Positions 1 through 11,960 of a stretch of DNA of 64,000 bases are shown here, piece by piece. The stretch's first letter is position 1, and every line of letters starts with the position of its first letter. This DNA is from Hemitrygon akajei (taxonomy: Eukaryota). A model generated the notes under the pieces. The model did no database searches, was not told where the DNA came from, and was given only the letters and a program-made list of their open reading frames with translations. A program made the position numbers and the translations under genes. The stretch covers positions 388,043 to 452,042 of the forward strand of contig NC_133154.1 of assembly GCF_048418815.1 (NCBI RefSeq), given 5' to 3'.

Positions 1-470
1 GAGGGAAGCTGGAGGTCAGGGAGGCTGAAGTTTGGAATCAAAGGGTCAGGGTCAGAGGGCTCCAGAAAGGTCAAAGAGGTCAAAGGTCAGGTTTCTGTTG
101 AGATCAGGTGGGTGATTAAGAGGTTGGGGGTGAGATCAATGGGTCTGTGGAATTTTTTGGGGGGCAGAATCAAGTTTCAGGGTAGGTCAGAAGTTAGGGG
201 AGGTTGGGGTTCAGGGTTGGAAGAAGTTGGGGAGTCAGGATTTAGCAGAGCTTGCAGGTCAGAATGTTTAGAAATTGGAGATGATGGTTAAGAGGAGGAA
301 GGAGGTCACATTTTGAGGAAGTTATTGAAGATCTTTGGCCAGGGTTTAGGGTGATTGGAGTCTGTCAGGGGAGGATAAGATTGATGGGGAAGTCACAAGG
401 TCACAGTTCAGGTGGAGCTTTGGGAGGTCAGGGGTCAGGTCTGGGTCAGGTCGGAGGTCAGGTGACCAAA
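1..470. repeat. Degenerate G-rich (GGTCAGR)n-like simple repeat with almost no C on the + strand
   Basis: Many tandem aggtcagg, gggtcagg and aggtcaaag units, with strong strand compositional asymmetry. Confidence 0.6.
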
Positions 471-1429
471 CTTACACTGATTGAGTAGGCGGGCTGCGTA
501 TCCATCGAAAGCATCAAGCAAGGCGCTGCCCAGGTAACAGCAAACAGCTGGAAGCGGGGACCTCGGCATCAGCCACAGGGAGAGGAGCAACAGCACGATC
601 CGTGCATAACCTGTGGGGAGACAGAGGGGTCACAGCCAAGTGGGTAGGATGCCAGTGTCCCTGGGAGAGAAGGGAATAATAGGGATCTTTCTATGATCGG
701 GTTACAAAGCAAGATCCCAGGGCAAAGTCTGCAGAGGGGGATCTTTGTGTGTTGGGGGGGTTTACAGAGAAAGATCCCAGGACAATCGGGGTTCTGTGAC
801 CCCGTCCACCCAACGATCCTAACCCCATGATTGATGCGTCCGGTCCCACTCATCCGCCCTGGCCCCGCCCACCGGCGTAATTCTCACCAATCAGGTTGGG
901 CACGAACAGGAAAACGTTGGCCATGGAGGTGGCGGTGGAGTAACGTCAACGTGGTGTCAGAGGGCAGGCAGAAGGGTCACCCCCCGCTTCGGCAACAGAG
1001 CCTACCGACGTCCCCGGGGCGCTCGGACCGCCTCTGCAGAGCTACAATGGCCGCCGCCATTTATAAAGCCAGGGTCAGGAGGACTGCACCACCAACTCCT
1101 AGTGCATGGGGGGAATCCCGATCCCGTGTGGGAGCAGGTCCCTCTCACCGGGTGAGATGTTTATATCGATGCCATACGACAGAAGTTGAGATTCTCTTTG
1201 GGGATGTAAACCTGGACTCCTTCCAGAGAATCGCTCTCCTCAGCCCCTGTTCGCCAAATGGAAAGTTCCTCCTCCCCCTCCCCCAATCTGGGCGCGTCTA
1301 TTCGCCGCCCCGGATGCGGGGGGGGGAGGGCCTGTTCCAACTGTAACCCCCGCGACTCGGACCATTCGTCCCGTCCGGTCTCTGCCGACCCAGATTCCCA
1401 TCAGCCCGCGTTAGGCCCAATTCCCTCTG

Positions 1430-2170
1430 AGTGTCTTTTAAATGCTGTTAAGATGCATACTTTATTGATCCCAAAGAAAATGACAGTGTCACAGTAGCAT
1501 AACAAGTGCACACATTAGAAATATTACAAATATTAGAAGAACTAAGAAAGAATAGCGTAAGTTACCTCAAACACTCTAACAGGAGGGTAGTCATCACTTT
1601 CCCGTCTACAGGTTGACTCATTATAGAGCCCAATGGCTGAAGGTAAGAATGCCCTCATATAGCACTCTTTGGAGCAGCACAGTTGGCTTAGTCTATTATT
1701 AAAAGTGCTTCTCTGTTCAGCCAAGGTGTCATGCAGAGGATGAGAAACATAGTCTAGAATTGCCAGAATTTTCCATAGAGTTCTTTGTTCTACCACAACC
1801 TCCAGTGTGTCCAGTTTGATTCCTATGATAGAGCCAGCCTTTCTAATCAGTTTATTGAGCCTGTTGGCATCACCTGCGTTAATGCCATTGCCCCAGCACA
1901 CCACCGCATAGAAGATGTTTCTGGCATCAACAGACTGGTAGAACATGTGAAGGAGAGGCCTGTATACTCCAACAGGCCTCAATCTCCTCAGGAAGTAGAG
2001 GCGACTCTGGCCCTTCTTGTACACAGTCTCTGTGTTGGTGCTCCACTCAAGTCTGTCATCCAGGTGCACCCCCAGGTATTTGTGGGTCCTCAGCACATCC
2101 ACGTCCTCAGTATCAATAGTAACAGGGAGCAGAGTAGGCTTAGACTTCCTGAAGTCCATCACCATCTCCT
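1430..2170 (-). mobile_element. 3' portion of a second LINE family (LINE-X); ORF 1542..2165 is the RT C-terminal domain and conserved tail
   Basis: The translation FYAVVCWG..NRLNKLIRKAGS...HPLHDTL...RSTFNNRL...FLPSAIGLYN recurs in this window at 4394..4765 and 8809..9281. It is followed by a 3'UTR ending gatcaataaagtat. Confidence 0.6.
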
Positions 2171-2339
2171 TTATCTTACTGATGCTGAGCTGCAGATGAT
2201 ACAGCTTGCACCATTTGTATCTGCCTCAGCCACTTCCTCTGGCGGTTTTTTCCATATACAGACCACCCTCTGGCTGAAATCATTGTCCTTCAGATCCCTA
2301 TTAAACCTCTCCCCTCTCACCTTAAACCTGTGCCCTCTG
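2171..2339 (-). mobile_element. CR1-like LINE 3' tail fragment
   Basis: The ORF translates RGHRFKVRGERF...NFFSQRVV, the CR1 ORF2 C-terminal motif seen throughout the window. Confidence 0.5.
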
Positions 2340-2612
2340 GTCGATGGTGGCATTATGACGGTATTGGAGATCAGTTCTGGCATCCTCTAGCGCCAATGAC
2401 CCAGGTTCAAACCCCACCACTGCCTGTAAGGTGTTTCTACGTTCTCCCCGTGGCCACGTGGCTTTCCTCCAGGTGCTTCAGTTTCCTCCCACTGGTCAGT
2501 CGGTTAATTACTGATTGTAATTGTCCTACGATTAAGCGAGGGTTGGATTGGGGTTGCTAGAGGCACAGCTCAAAGTGCTGGAAAGGACTGTCTCTAAATA
2601 AAATAAAATAAA
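2340..2612 (+). mobile_element. tRNA-related SINE with a conserved core and an (AAATAAAAT)n tail
   Basis: It has a B-box-like ggttcaaacccc. The core is gtttctacgttctccccgtggccacgtggctttcctccaggtgcttcagtttcctccc. A second copy lies at 11455..11700. Confidence 0.45.
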
Positions 2613-2699
2613 CAGCCCAACCCAGGAGAGAAGGCTATGGAGATGCACCCTACCTGCACCCGTTATGCTGGACTTTGGCCATCCAACACATGTCATCTT

Positions 2700-3060
2700 A
2701 CAGTTGCACAGTAAGACATAGGAGCAGAATTAGGCCACAGCGGCAGTGGAGGCCAAGTCATTGGGAGAATTTAAGGCGGAAGTTGATAGATCCTTGATTG
2801 GTTAGGGCAGTGGTCCCCAACCACCGGGCCATGGACCAGTACCGGGCCACAAAGCATGTGCTACCGGGCCACGAGGAAACGATATGATTTGGCGGTATGA
2901 AGCGATATGAGTCAGCTGACAGCCATATCTTTTGGTGGTTGGAGACCACTGGGTTAGGGCATGGAAGAAGGCAGGAGATTGGGGCAGGGGGAACCTGTGT
3001 CAGTCATGATGAAATGGTGGAGCAGACTCGATAGGTCAATGACTTGGCCTCCACAGTGTC
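2700..3060 (+). mobile_element. CR1-like 3' end, interrupted by a hAT MITE
   Basis: The sequence is a CR1 3' tail. Confidence 0.5.
2808..2951. mobile_element. 144-bp hAT-derived MITE with an 8-bp target-site duplication
   Basis: The termini are cagtggtccccaaccacc and ggtggttggagaccactg, an 18-bp TIR with one mismatch. The flanking 8-bp TSD is ggttaggg at 2800..2807 and 2952..2959. The first ~100 bp are near-identical to the 5' end of the hAT copy at 48705..48805. Confidence 0.75.
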
Positions 3061-3340
3061 TGTGGCAATAAATTCCACAGATTCACCCTTTGGCTGAAGA
3101 GATTCCTTCTCATCTCTGTTCTAAATGGACATCCCTTATTTCTGAGGTCCTCCAATATAGGAAACATCCTCCCCACATCCACTCTATCAGGATCTTTCAA
3201 TATTCAATAGGTTTCAATGAGATCCCTCCTCATTCTTCCAAACTCCAGTGAGTACAGGCCCAGAGCCATCGATTGCTCCTCATATGTTAACCCTTTTATT
3301 TGTGGGATCATTCTCATGAACTTCCTCTGGACTTTATAAA
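3060..3340 (-). mobile_element. CR1-like 3' tail fragment
   Basis: It matches the recurrent CR1 tail repeat attccacagattcacc...tttcaatgag seen at 18180, 18830, 19960, 43490 and 53300. Confidence 0.5.
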
Positions 3341-3799
3341 AACAGTTGTAGACAAGTCTGGTGACCAAGAAAGACCTGGTACGTGGTACGATATGGTTTA
3401 GTTGGACTCAGTTCAATGTCATTCAACCAGACATGAATACAGCCAAACGAGACAGCGTTACTCTGGAGTCAGGGTGCAAAGACACACTGCCAACAGTCAC
3501 ACATAAGATCACAATCATGTAACAAGAGTCCCGAAGCCACCCCCCCCCCCCCCAACAACACTACAGCTTGATACCCAGTCCTCACACATACAAGTCAGCA
3601 AATCCATATAGAATATCAGTAAAATACGAGACAGGATATATATGGTCCAGTTCATCTGACAACCAGCCCTCACACCTGCTAAGCGACCCTGTGGCTTTGA
3701 AGGCCTAGCCCTTGCCCCAGCCCCAACTCCTACTAGACAAGTCTGCAGCTTGGAGGCCCAGTGTTAGCATATTCAAGCACATATAGAATATTAGTAGAA

Positions 3800-5100
3800 A
3801 ATACAGCCACTCGAGTGTGTGTGTATATCTTACGATCTCACAAGTCAAGTGGCAGTCCTGGACTAAACTTGAATCTAGAAAAAATGATCAGTTGTGGCAG
3901 GGCCTGAATGCTATCTCTTCTTATAAAGTAAAATCAAGTGACAACAGGGGTTCACTTCCAGATGAACTCAGTGCCTTCACGTGGAGAAACCATCAGGAAC
4001 TCCCACAGCTCTCAATCAGCCCGTCATTTCAGTCTCTGAGGCTAACGTGCAGCCTTCAGGAGGGTGAATCTGGCCCAGTCAGGAAACCTGGACAAGCACT
4101 AAAAGACCTGTACTGATAACTGGATGGATCTTTAACATCTGGCTTCGGCAGTCCTAGGTACCCACCTGCTTCAGTTATACCGGTGCCTAAGAAGAATGTG
4201 GTGACCTGCCTCAATGACGATTGTCCAGCAGCACTTAGATTCCCTGTGATGAAGTCTTTGAGAGGTTGGTGCCGAAACATATCAACTGCTGCCCGAGAAG
4301 TGACTTGGATCCACTCCTGTTTGCCTACCGGACCAACAAGTCCACAGCAGATGCCATCTGAGGAGACTGAGGTCCTTTAACATCTGCCAGACGATGCTGA
4401 GGATGTTCTACGAGTCTGTGGTGGCCAGTGCTATCATGTTTGCTGTTGTGTGCTGGGGCAGCGGGCTGAGGGTAGCAGACACCAACAGAATCAACAAACT
4501 CATTTGTAAGGCCAGTGATGTTGTGGATGTGGAACTGGACTCTCTGACGGTGGTGTCTGAAAAGAGGATGCTGTCCAAGTTGTATGCCATCTTGGACAAT
4601 GACTCCCATCCACTCCATAATATACTGGTTAGGCACAGGAGTACATTCAGCCAGAGACTCATTCCACCGAGATGTTACACTGCACGGCATACGAAGTCAT
4701 TCCTGCCTGTGGCCATCAAACTTTACAACTCCTCCCTCGGAGTGTCAGACACCCTGAGCCAATAGGCTGGTCCTGGACTTATTTCCACTTGGCATGATTA
4801 ACTTATTATTATTTATGGTTTTATATTGCTATATTTCTTCACTATTCTTGGTGCGGCTGTAATGAAACCCAATTTCCCTCGGGATCAATAAAGTATGTCT
4901 GTCTGTATCTCAGTGGCTCTTCACTCAGCCCTGGGACATCTGGCCTTTTGCACGCTGGTTGAATGGTGCAATCTTTCATTGATTCTATTATGATTATTGG
5001 ATTTATTGAGTATGCCTACAAGTAAATGAATCTCAGGGTTGTACTTGGTGACTATGTGTACTTTGATAATAAATTAACTTTGAACTTTAATAGTCTCCAA
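3800..5100 (+). mobile_element. LINE-X internal and 3' fragments with an internal deletion
   Basis: ORFs carry LPDELSAF, PVPKK..V.CLNDDCP.AL..V.MK and then the C-terminal domain at 4394..4765. The 3'UTR ends tcgggatcaataaagtatgtc. Confidence 0.55.
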
Positions 5101-6130
5101 TGCCAGCACATATTTTCTTAGATAAGAGGCCCAAAATTGCTTAATACTCCGGGTGCAGTTTGACCAATGCCCTTCAACGGAAAATCTTACAAAAAGTAGT
5201 GGATACAGCCCAGACCATCATGCCTCAGCATTGTATCCTTGCTTGTATATTCTAGTGCTCTTGAAATGAATGCTAACAACCTCACCACTGACTCAACTTG
5301 CAAGTTAAACTTTAGGGAATCCTGCACAATGTCACCAAATCCCTTTGTGCCTCAGATTTCTAGATTTTCTGCCCACTTTCATTGCTTCTACCAAAGTACA
5401 CGACCACACACTTCCCTACACAGTATTCCATCTGCCACTTCTATGCCCATTCTCCCAATCTGTCTAAGTCCTTCTGCAGACTCTCCACTTCCTCAAAACT
5501 ACCTGCCCCTCCACCTTTCTTCATATCATCTCCACACTTTGTAACAAAGCCATCAATTCCATCATCCAAATCATTGACATATAGCGTAAGAAGAATCAGT
5601 TTCCCACGCAGACCCCTGTGGAACACCACTAGTCACCAGCAGCCAAGCAGAAAAGGCTCCCTTTATTCCCACTCTTTGCCTCCTGCCAATCAGCCACTGC
5701 TTTATCCATGCTAGTACCTTTCCTGTAATATCATGGACGCTTATCTTGTTTAGCAGCCTCATGTGTGGCACCTAGTCAAAGACCTTCTGAAATCCAAATA
5801 AACAGCATCCACTGACTCTCCTTTGTCTATCCTTCCTGTTATTTTCTCAAAGAATTCCAACAGATTTGTCAAGCAAGATTTCCCTTTAAGGAAACCATGA
5901 TGACTAGGGCCTATTTTATCATGTGCCTCCAAGTATCCTGAAACCGCATTCTTAACCGTTAACTCCAACATCTACCCAACCACTGAGGTCGGGCGAATTG
6001 GCCTATAATTTCCTTTCTTCTGCCTCCCTTCCTTCTCAAGGAGTGGAGTGACATTTGCAATTTTCCAGTCCTCAGGAGTCATTCCAGAATCTAGTGATTC
6101 ATGAAAGATGTCTCCATGATCTCTTCAGCC

Positions 6131-7002
6131 TACGCGACTCCCTTGTCCACGTCCTCCCCCCATCCCTTCCCACCGATCTCCCTCCTGGCACTTATCCTTG
6201 TAAATGGAACAAGTGCTACACCTGCCCTTACACTTCCTCCCTCACCACCATTCAGGGCCCCAGACAGTCCTTCCAGGTGAGGCGACACTTCACCTGTGGG
6301 TCGGCTGGTGTGGTATACTGCATCCGGTGCTCCCGGTGTGGCCTTTTATATATGGTGAGACCCGACGCAGACTGGGAGACCGTTTCGCTGAACACCTACG
6401 CTCGGTCCGCCAGAAAAAGCAGGATCTCCCAGTGGCCACACATTTTAATTCCACGTCCCATTCCCATTCTGATATGTCTATCCATGGCCTCCTCTATTGT
6501 CAAAATGAATCCAAACTCAGGTTGGAGGAACAACACCTTATATACCGGCTGGGTAGCCTCCAACCTGATGGCATGAACATTGACTTCTCTAACTTCCGTT
6601 AATGCCCCTCCTCCCCTTCTTACCCCATCCCTGACATATTTAGTTGTTTGCCTGTTCTCCATCTCCCTCTGATGCTCTCCCCCCCTCCTTTCTTTCTCCT
6701 GAGACCTCCCGTCCCATGATTCTTTCCCTTCTCCAGCTCTGTATCACTTTCGCCAATCACCTTTCCAGCTCTCAGCTTCATCCCACCCCCTCCGGTCTTC
6801 TCCTATCATTTCACATTTCCCCCTCCCCCCACTACTTTCAAATCTCTTACTATCTTTCCTTTCGGTTAGTCCTGACGAAGGGTCTCGGCCCGAAACGTCG
6901 ACAGCGCTTCTCCCTATAGATGCTGCCTGGCCTGCTGTGTTCCACCAGCATTTTGTGTGTGTTGTTGTTTGAATTTCCAGCATCTGCAGATTTCCTCATG
7001 TT
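6131..7002 (+). mobile_element. 5'-truncated Penelope-like element 3' end: GIY-YIG endonuclease domain plus a tail with a hammerhead motif
   Basis: The ORF at 6055..6602 contains the GIY-YIG core GVVYCIRCSRCGLLYMGETRRRLGDRFAEHLRSV, a CX2C motif and EEQHLIYRLG. It is flanked by a 12-bp TSD atctcttcagcc at 6119..6130 and 7003..7014. A second copy lies at 33419..34035. Confidence 0.7.
6866..6902 (+). ncRNA. Minimal hammerhead ribozyme motif in the PLE tail
   Basis: The core is CUGACGA, then helix II GGGU-CUCG-GCCC, then GAAAC, then the palindromic GUCGAC. PLEs are known to carry such minimal type-I hammerheads that dimerise through a palindromic helix III. Confidence 0.55.
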
Positions 7003-7499
7003 ATCTCTTCAGCCACCTTTTTCAGAACCCTGGGATGTAGACAATCTGGTCCAGGTGATTTATCTGCTTTCAAACCTTTCATATTCCCAAGTACCTTCTC
7101 ATTAGTAATGCCAGCTGCACCCACTTCTATCCCCTGACACTCAAATTTCTGGCATTTTGCTAGTGATTTCAGCTGTGAAGATTGATAAACAAAATATTTA
7201 TTCAGTTCATCCAGCATTTGATGTCCCCCATTACAGTCCTGTGTAAAAGTCTCTCTCTCTCTCTCTCTCCCTCCGCGCGTGCGTGCACACACGCACGCGC
7301 ACACACTTTTGTATCGTACAGGACTTTTGTACATCTCCAGTGTCATTTTCCAACAGTCTGATATTAGTTGCCTTCTGTTAGTTTTTTAAAAGCTTCCCAA
7401 TCCTCTAACTAAGGTGCACCTGGATAAGACTTGAGTGGAGCATCAATACAGAGACTGTTTACAAGAAGGGACAGAGTTATCTCTACTTCCTGAGGAGAC

Positions 7500-8800
7500 T
7501 GTGGTCGTTTGGAGTATTTAGGCCTCTCCATAAACTTCCAAAAGGCATTTGACAAGGTCCCACACCAAAGATTATTACTTAAAGTAAAAAATCATGGGAT
7601 TGGGGATAATATTCTGGCATGGGTGGAGGATTGGCTTTCTAACAGAAAACAGAGAGTTGGGATAAATGGTTTATTCTCAGACTGGCAGTTGGTGACTAGT
7701 GGTGTTCCGCAGGGGTCGGTGTTGGGACCCCAACTCTTTACAATCTATATTAATGATTTGGAGAAAGGGACTAAGTGCAACGTATCGAAGTTTGCTGATG
7801 ACACAAAGATGGGAGGGAGTGTAATGAGTGCGGAGGACATTGAAACCCTGCAGGGGGACATAGATAGGCTGAGTGATTGGGCAGAAATTTGGCAGATGAA
7901 ATATAATACTGACAAGTGTGAGGTCTTGCACTTTGGCAGGAAAAATAATAGAGCAAGTTATTATCTAAATGGAGAGAAACTGGAAAGTGCTTCTGTGCAA
8001 AGGGATCTGGGGGTCCTGGTGCAGGAAACACAAAAAGTTAGTATGCAAGTGCAGCAGGTGGTCAAGAAGGCCAATGGAATGCTGGCTTTTATTGCTAGGG
8101 GGATGGAGTATATGAACAGGGAGGTCTTACTGCAGTTGTACTGGGTATTGGTGAGACCACACCTGGAGTACTGTGTGCAGTTCTGGTGTCCATATTTAAG
8201 AAAGAACATACTGGCTCTCGAGGCAGTGCAGAGAAGGTTCACTAGGTTAATTCCGGGGATGGGTGAGTTGATGTATGATGAGAGGTTGAGTAGATTGGGA
8301 CTCTACTCATTGGAGTTCCGAAGAATGAGAGGCGATCTTATTGAAACATATAAGATTGTGAAGGGGCTTGATCGGGTGGATGCGGGGAGAATGTTCCCAT
8401 TGATGGGTGAAACTAGGACTAGGGGGCATAATCTTAAAATAAGGGGATGCCGTTCCAGGACTGAGATGCGGAGAAATTTCTTCACTCAGAGGGTAGTGGG
8501 GCTGTGGAATTTACTGCCCCAGAGAGCTGTGGAAGCTACTACACTCAATAAATTCAAAACGGAGATAGACATTTTCCTGGATAAAAATGGCATTAGGGGA
8601 TACAGTGAGCGAGCAGTTAAGTGGACATGAGGCTAGGTTTAGATCAGCCATGTGATCTCCTGGACCAGTTTTCGATAGCCTGGATGGGTCGGAGAGGAAT
8701 TTTCCAGATTTTTTCTCCTCAATTAGCAAATCGGTTTTTTTTCCTCGGGTGATCACATGGGTTTGGGCGGGATGAATAATAAAATAAAATGGGCGGCATG
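7500..8800 (+). mobile_element. CR1-like LINE 3' half; the 373-aa open ORF2 segment at 7509..8630 covers the RT C-terminal half
   Basis: The translation runs YLDFQKAFDKVPH ... FADDTK ... CEVLHFG ... LVRPHLEYCVQFW ... GLYSLEFRRMRGDLIETYKI ... RGHNLKI ... RRNFFTQRVV.LWN.LP with no frameshift. Confidence 0.8.
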
Positions 8801-8899
8801 GTGCCCTGTTGGTTGGCATTGTTGCCTTGTGGGATTCGGTGAAAACTAGAGTTAAGATTGGATCAGCCATGATTTTGTTGAATGGCGGAGCAGGCTTGA

Positions 8900-9900
8900 G
8901 GGGCCGATTGGCCTACTCCTGCTCCTATCTCTTATGTTCTTACGTTTACATGTCCTACCAGTGTGTTATCCCCAGGACAATCTTCTATGCAGAGGTGGGT
9001 TGGGGTAATGGGATCAACACAGGAGATACCAACAGGCTCATAAACTGATTAGAAAGGCTGGCTCTATTATAGGAGTCAAACTGCACACATTGGAGGCTGT
9101 GGTAGAACAAAGAACCCTACGGAAAATCCTGGCAATTCTGGACAATGTTTCTCACCGTCTGCATGCCATCTTGGCTGAACAGAGGAGCACTTTTAGTAAC
9201 AGACTAAGACAACTGCGCTGCTCCGAAGAGCGCTGCATGAGGTCATTCTTACCCTCAGCTGTTAGGCTCTGTAATGAATAAACCTACCGGCTGGGAAGTG
9301 ATGACACCCTCCTGTTAGGCTGTTTATGGTAATTTATTATTCATTCTTTCTTAGTTCTCATCTAATATTTGTATATCTGTGCATTTGTAATGCTACTGTG
9401 ACACTGTAATTTCCTTTGGGATCAATAAAGTATCTATCCATTTTTGCTCTATCAAATACCCTTTCTTTTGCTTTTATGCTGTCTTTGTCTTCCCTTGTCA
9501 GCAACCGTTACCTCATCCTCCCTTTAGAATGCTTCATTTTTGGGATGTATCTTTCCTGCACCTTCCAAACATCCCCATAACCACCCATCACTGCCGTCCT
9601 GCCTTCATCCCTGCTCATGTCCCGGCGAGAATCCAAACAAGCTGCATCTCTGCTTGGTTCAGAAACTGCACCACAGTGGGCAGGAAGGCTCTACTACAGG
9701 AAGTTAAATGTGCTCAATGCATCACCAGCACCAGCCTACCTAATATCAAGTACGTATATACAGAGAGGTACTGGAAAAGGGCCAATAACATCATGAAGGA
9801 ACCCAGTCACCCTACTCATGGACTGTTTGTCCCACTCCCGTCAAGGAGGAGGCTACGTAGCATTCACGGAAGGACCACAAGATTCAAAAACAGTTAATTT
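8900..9900 (+). mobile_element. Two LINE-X 3' fragments
   Basis: ORFs at 8809..9281 and 9529..9897 give the C-terminal domain and the tail HPTHGLFVPLPSRRRLRSIHGRTTRFKNS. Confidence 0.5.
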
Positions 9901-10959
9901 CCCCAAGATGCAAGTCTGATCAAAATCTCCACCCACTAACCTACTCCTCCACACCCCCAAACAATTCATTTCCTGTCAGTCACCTAATGTACAGACACTC
10001 CTGTACTCAGCAACACTTTATGGACATACACGTGTGCAGTACTGTACAAAAGTCTTATAGCGAGGGTGCCAGAGACTTTTGCACAGGGTTGTATTAATTT
10101 TATGTATTGTACTGTACTACTGTCTCAAAAAAAACTAATTTCATAATATATATGAGTGATGATAAACCTGATTCTGATGTGGGTCTCTATTGTGGACTGA
10201 GAGTAGGAAGGGACAGTAGGAGGGGAATCATGGTTGGGAAAAGGGGAAGGGAGAGGAGAGGGAGCAGGAAGCACCAGAGAGATATTCTGTAATGATCAAA
10301 AAACTAATTGTTGGGAATCAAATGACCTTGCCTGGTGTCTCAGGGCTGGGTGTGTGTGCACGCACTCTAGTCCCCTGACCCGCTGCACTCTCTCTGCCGC
10401 TTGTCCCACAGCGCTCCACCTCACCGTTCTCAACATCCCACCAGAATTACAAACTCTTTCTCCGCTCCACATTAGCAAACACAGTTTTGTGCAAAAGATT
10501 TAGTCATCTTAGCTATATAGGTGCTAAAGACTTTTGCACAGACTGTGTAACCTATCGATGGATTTATATTCATTGTGTTTTTATTACTATTGTGTCCTTT
10601 ATCTTACTGGGCATTTTTTATGCTGCATTGGATCTGGAGTAACAATTGTTTCACTCTGCTTTACACTTATGTGCTGGAAATAAGTGACATTAAACAATCT
10701 TGAATTCTGTATGTTTTATGCACCTCTGTAAGGTCACCCCTCAATCTCCTACACTCTAGGGAATAAAGTCCCAACCTGTCCAATATCTCTCCATAACTCT
10801 GTCCCTCGAGTCTGGGCAACACCTTTGTTCCAGCTTCATGGGATCTTTCAGTAGCAGGGTGACCAAAACTGAACACAGCACTCCAAGAGCGGCTTCACCA
10901 GCATCTTGTATCATCGTGCTCGACGACCACCGTCCGTCTTCTGGAGTTCCTCTGAAGAT

Positions 10960-11960
10960 CTAACCTGGGCCCAATGCATTATTGCAATCACAAGGCACCC
11001 CAGTGGCTCTACGTCAGGAGGATTTTGAGGAGATTCGGGATGTCACCAAAACCTCTAGCAAATTTCTATGGATGTATGGTGGAAAGCAGCACCACTTGGT
11101 CTGGAGGCCGTGACGCTCAGGACCGACTGAAGCTGCAGACCCATCGCAAGCACATCCCTCCCACTGTCAACGTCTGGCATCCATTACTAACGATTCTCAC
11201 CACAATCAGTTGAGACGTTCTCCAAAGGGGTTATTCATTAGTGGGTGCTGAGGCTGATCTGAGATCCACAGATTCTGGAGCGGTGATCAGCTTGTGATTA
11301 GGGAGCTGATCCAGACCTCACAACCCTGCCTCTTCACCAGCTGCTGATTGTCACGTGACTGAGGAGCATCATCTTCCTCTCCATCAACACATTTCCGAAT
11401 GGTCCATGAAGTCTACCTCACTTTGTGTTCTCTTTTGCACTTTTTGAAATATAACTGATAGTAATTTCTCTGTTTAATTTTAAAGTGTTAGCATGGTAGT
11501 GTAGCGATTAGTGTAATACTTTACAGTACTACCAATCCAGATACAGTCCCACTGCTGTCTATATGGAGTTTGCACGTTCTCCTTGTGGCTGTGTGGTTTT
11601 CCTCTGGGTGCTCCAGTTTCCCCCATGATCCGAAGATGTACGGGTTAGTAGGTTAATTGATCACATGGTTGTAATTTGGTGATGCCTCAAGTATGTGGTG
11701 TCCATCATTAAGGACCCACATCACTGGGACATACTGTCTTCTCATTGCTACCATCAGGGAGGAGATACAGGAGTTTGAAGACCCACACTCGACATTTCAG
11801 GAACAGCTTCATCCCCTCCACCATCAGATTTCTGAATGGATATTGAATCTATGAACATTATCTCAGTAACTTTTGCTCTGCTTGCACTATTTATTTAATT
11901 TAATTATATATGTACATAATTATGTGTGCACATACACTTTTTATTGTAATTTGTAATTTT
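10960..11960 (+). mobile_element. LINE-X 3' fragment carrying a SINE insertion
   Basis: The ORF at 10974..11213 reads FGMSPKPLANFYGCMVES. The tail HHWDILSSHCYHQGGDTGV is recognisable after the SINE. Confidence 0.45.
11455..11700 (+). mobile_element. tRNA-related SINE, second copy
   Basis: The core is gagtttgcacgttctccttgtggctgtgtggttttcctctgggtgctccagtttccccc, homologous to the copy at 2340..2612. Confidence 0.45.

Larger units (their letters stand above)
5290..7360 (-). mobile_element. CR1-like LINE RT fragment interrupted by a PLE insertion
   Basis: Minus-strand ORFs at 5441..5971 and 6996..7346 carry YVNDLDD, FADD, KSPGPD and HPR.LKE motifs. The sequence is contiguous once the 6131..7002 insertion is removed. 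Confidence 0.65.

Noticed and set aside
1785-2390. A 201-aa + strand ORF and many other ORFs antisense to LINE fragments, for example 7677..8242 and 12052..12905
   Set aside because: They lie antisense to or within degraded retrotransposon sequence and have no domain signatures. They are chance ORFs.
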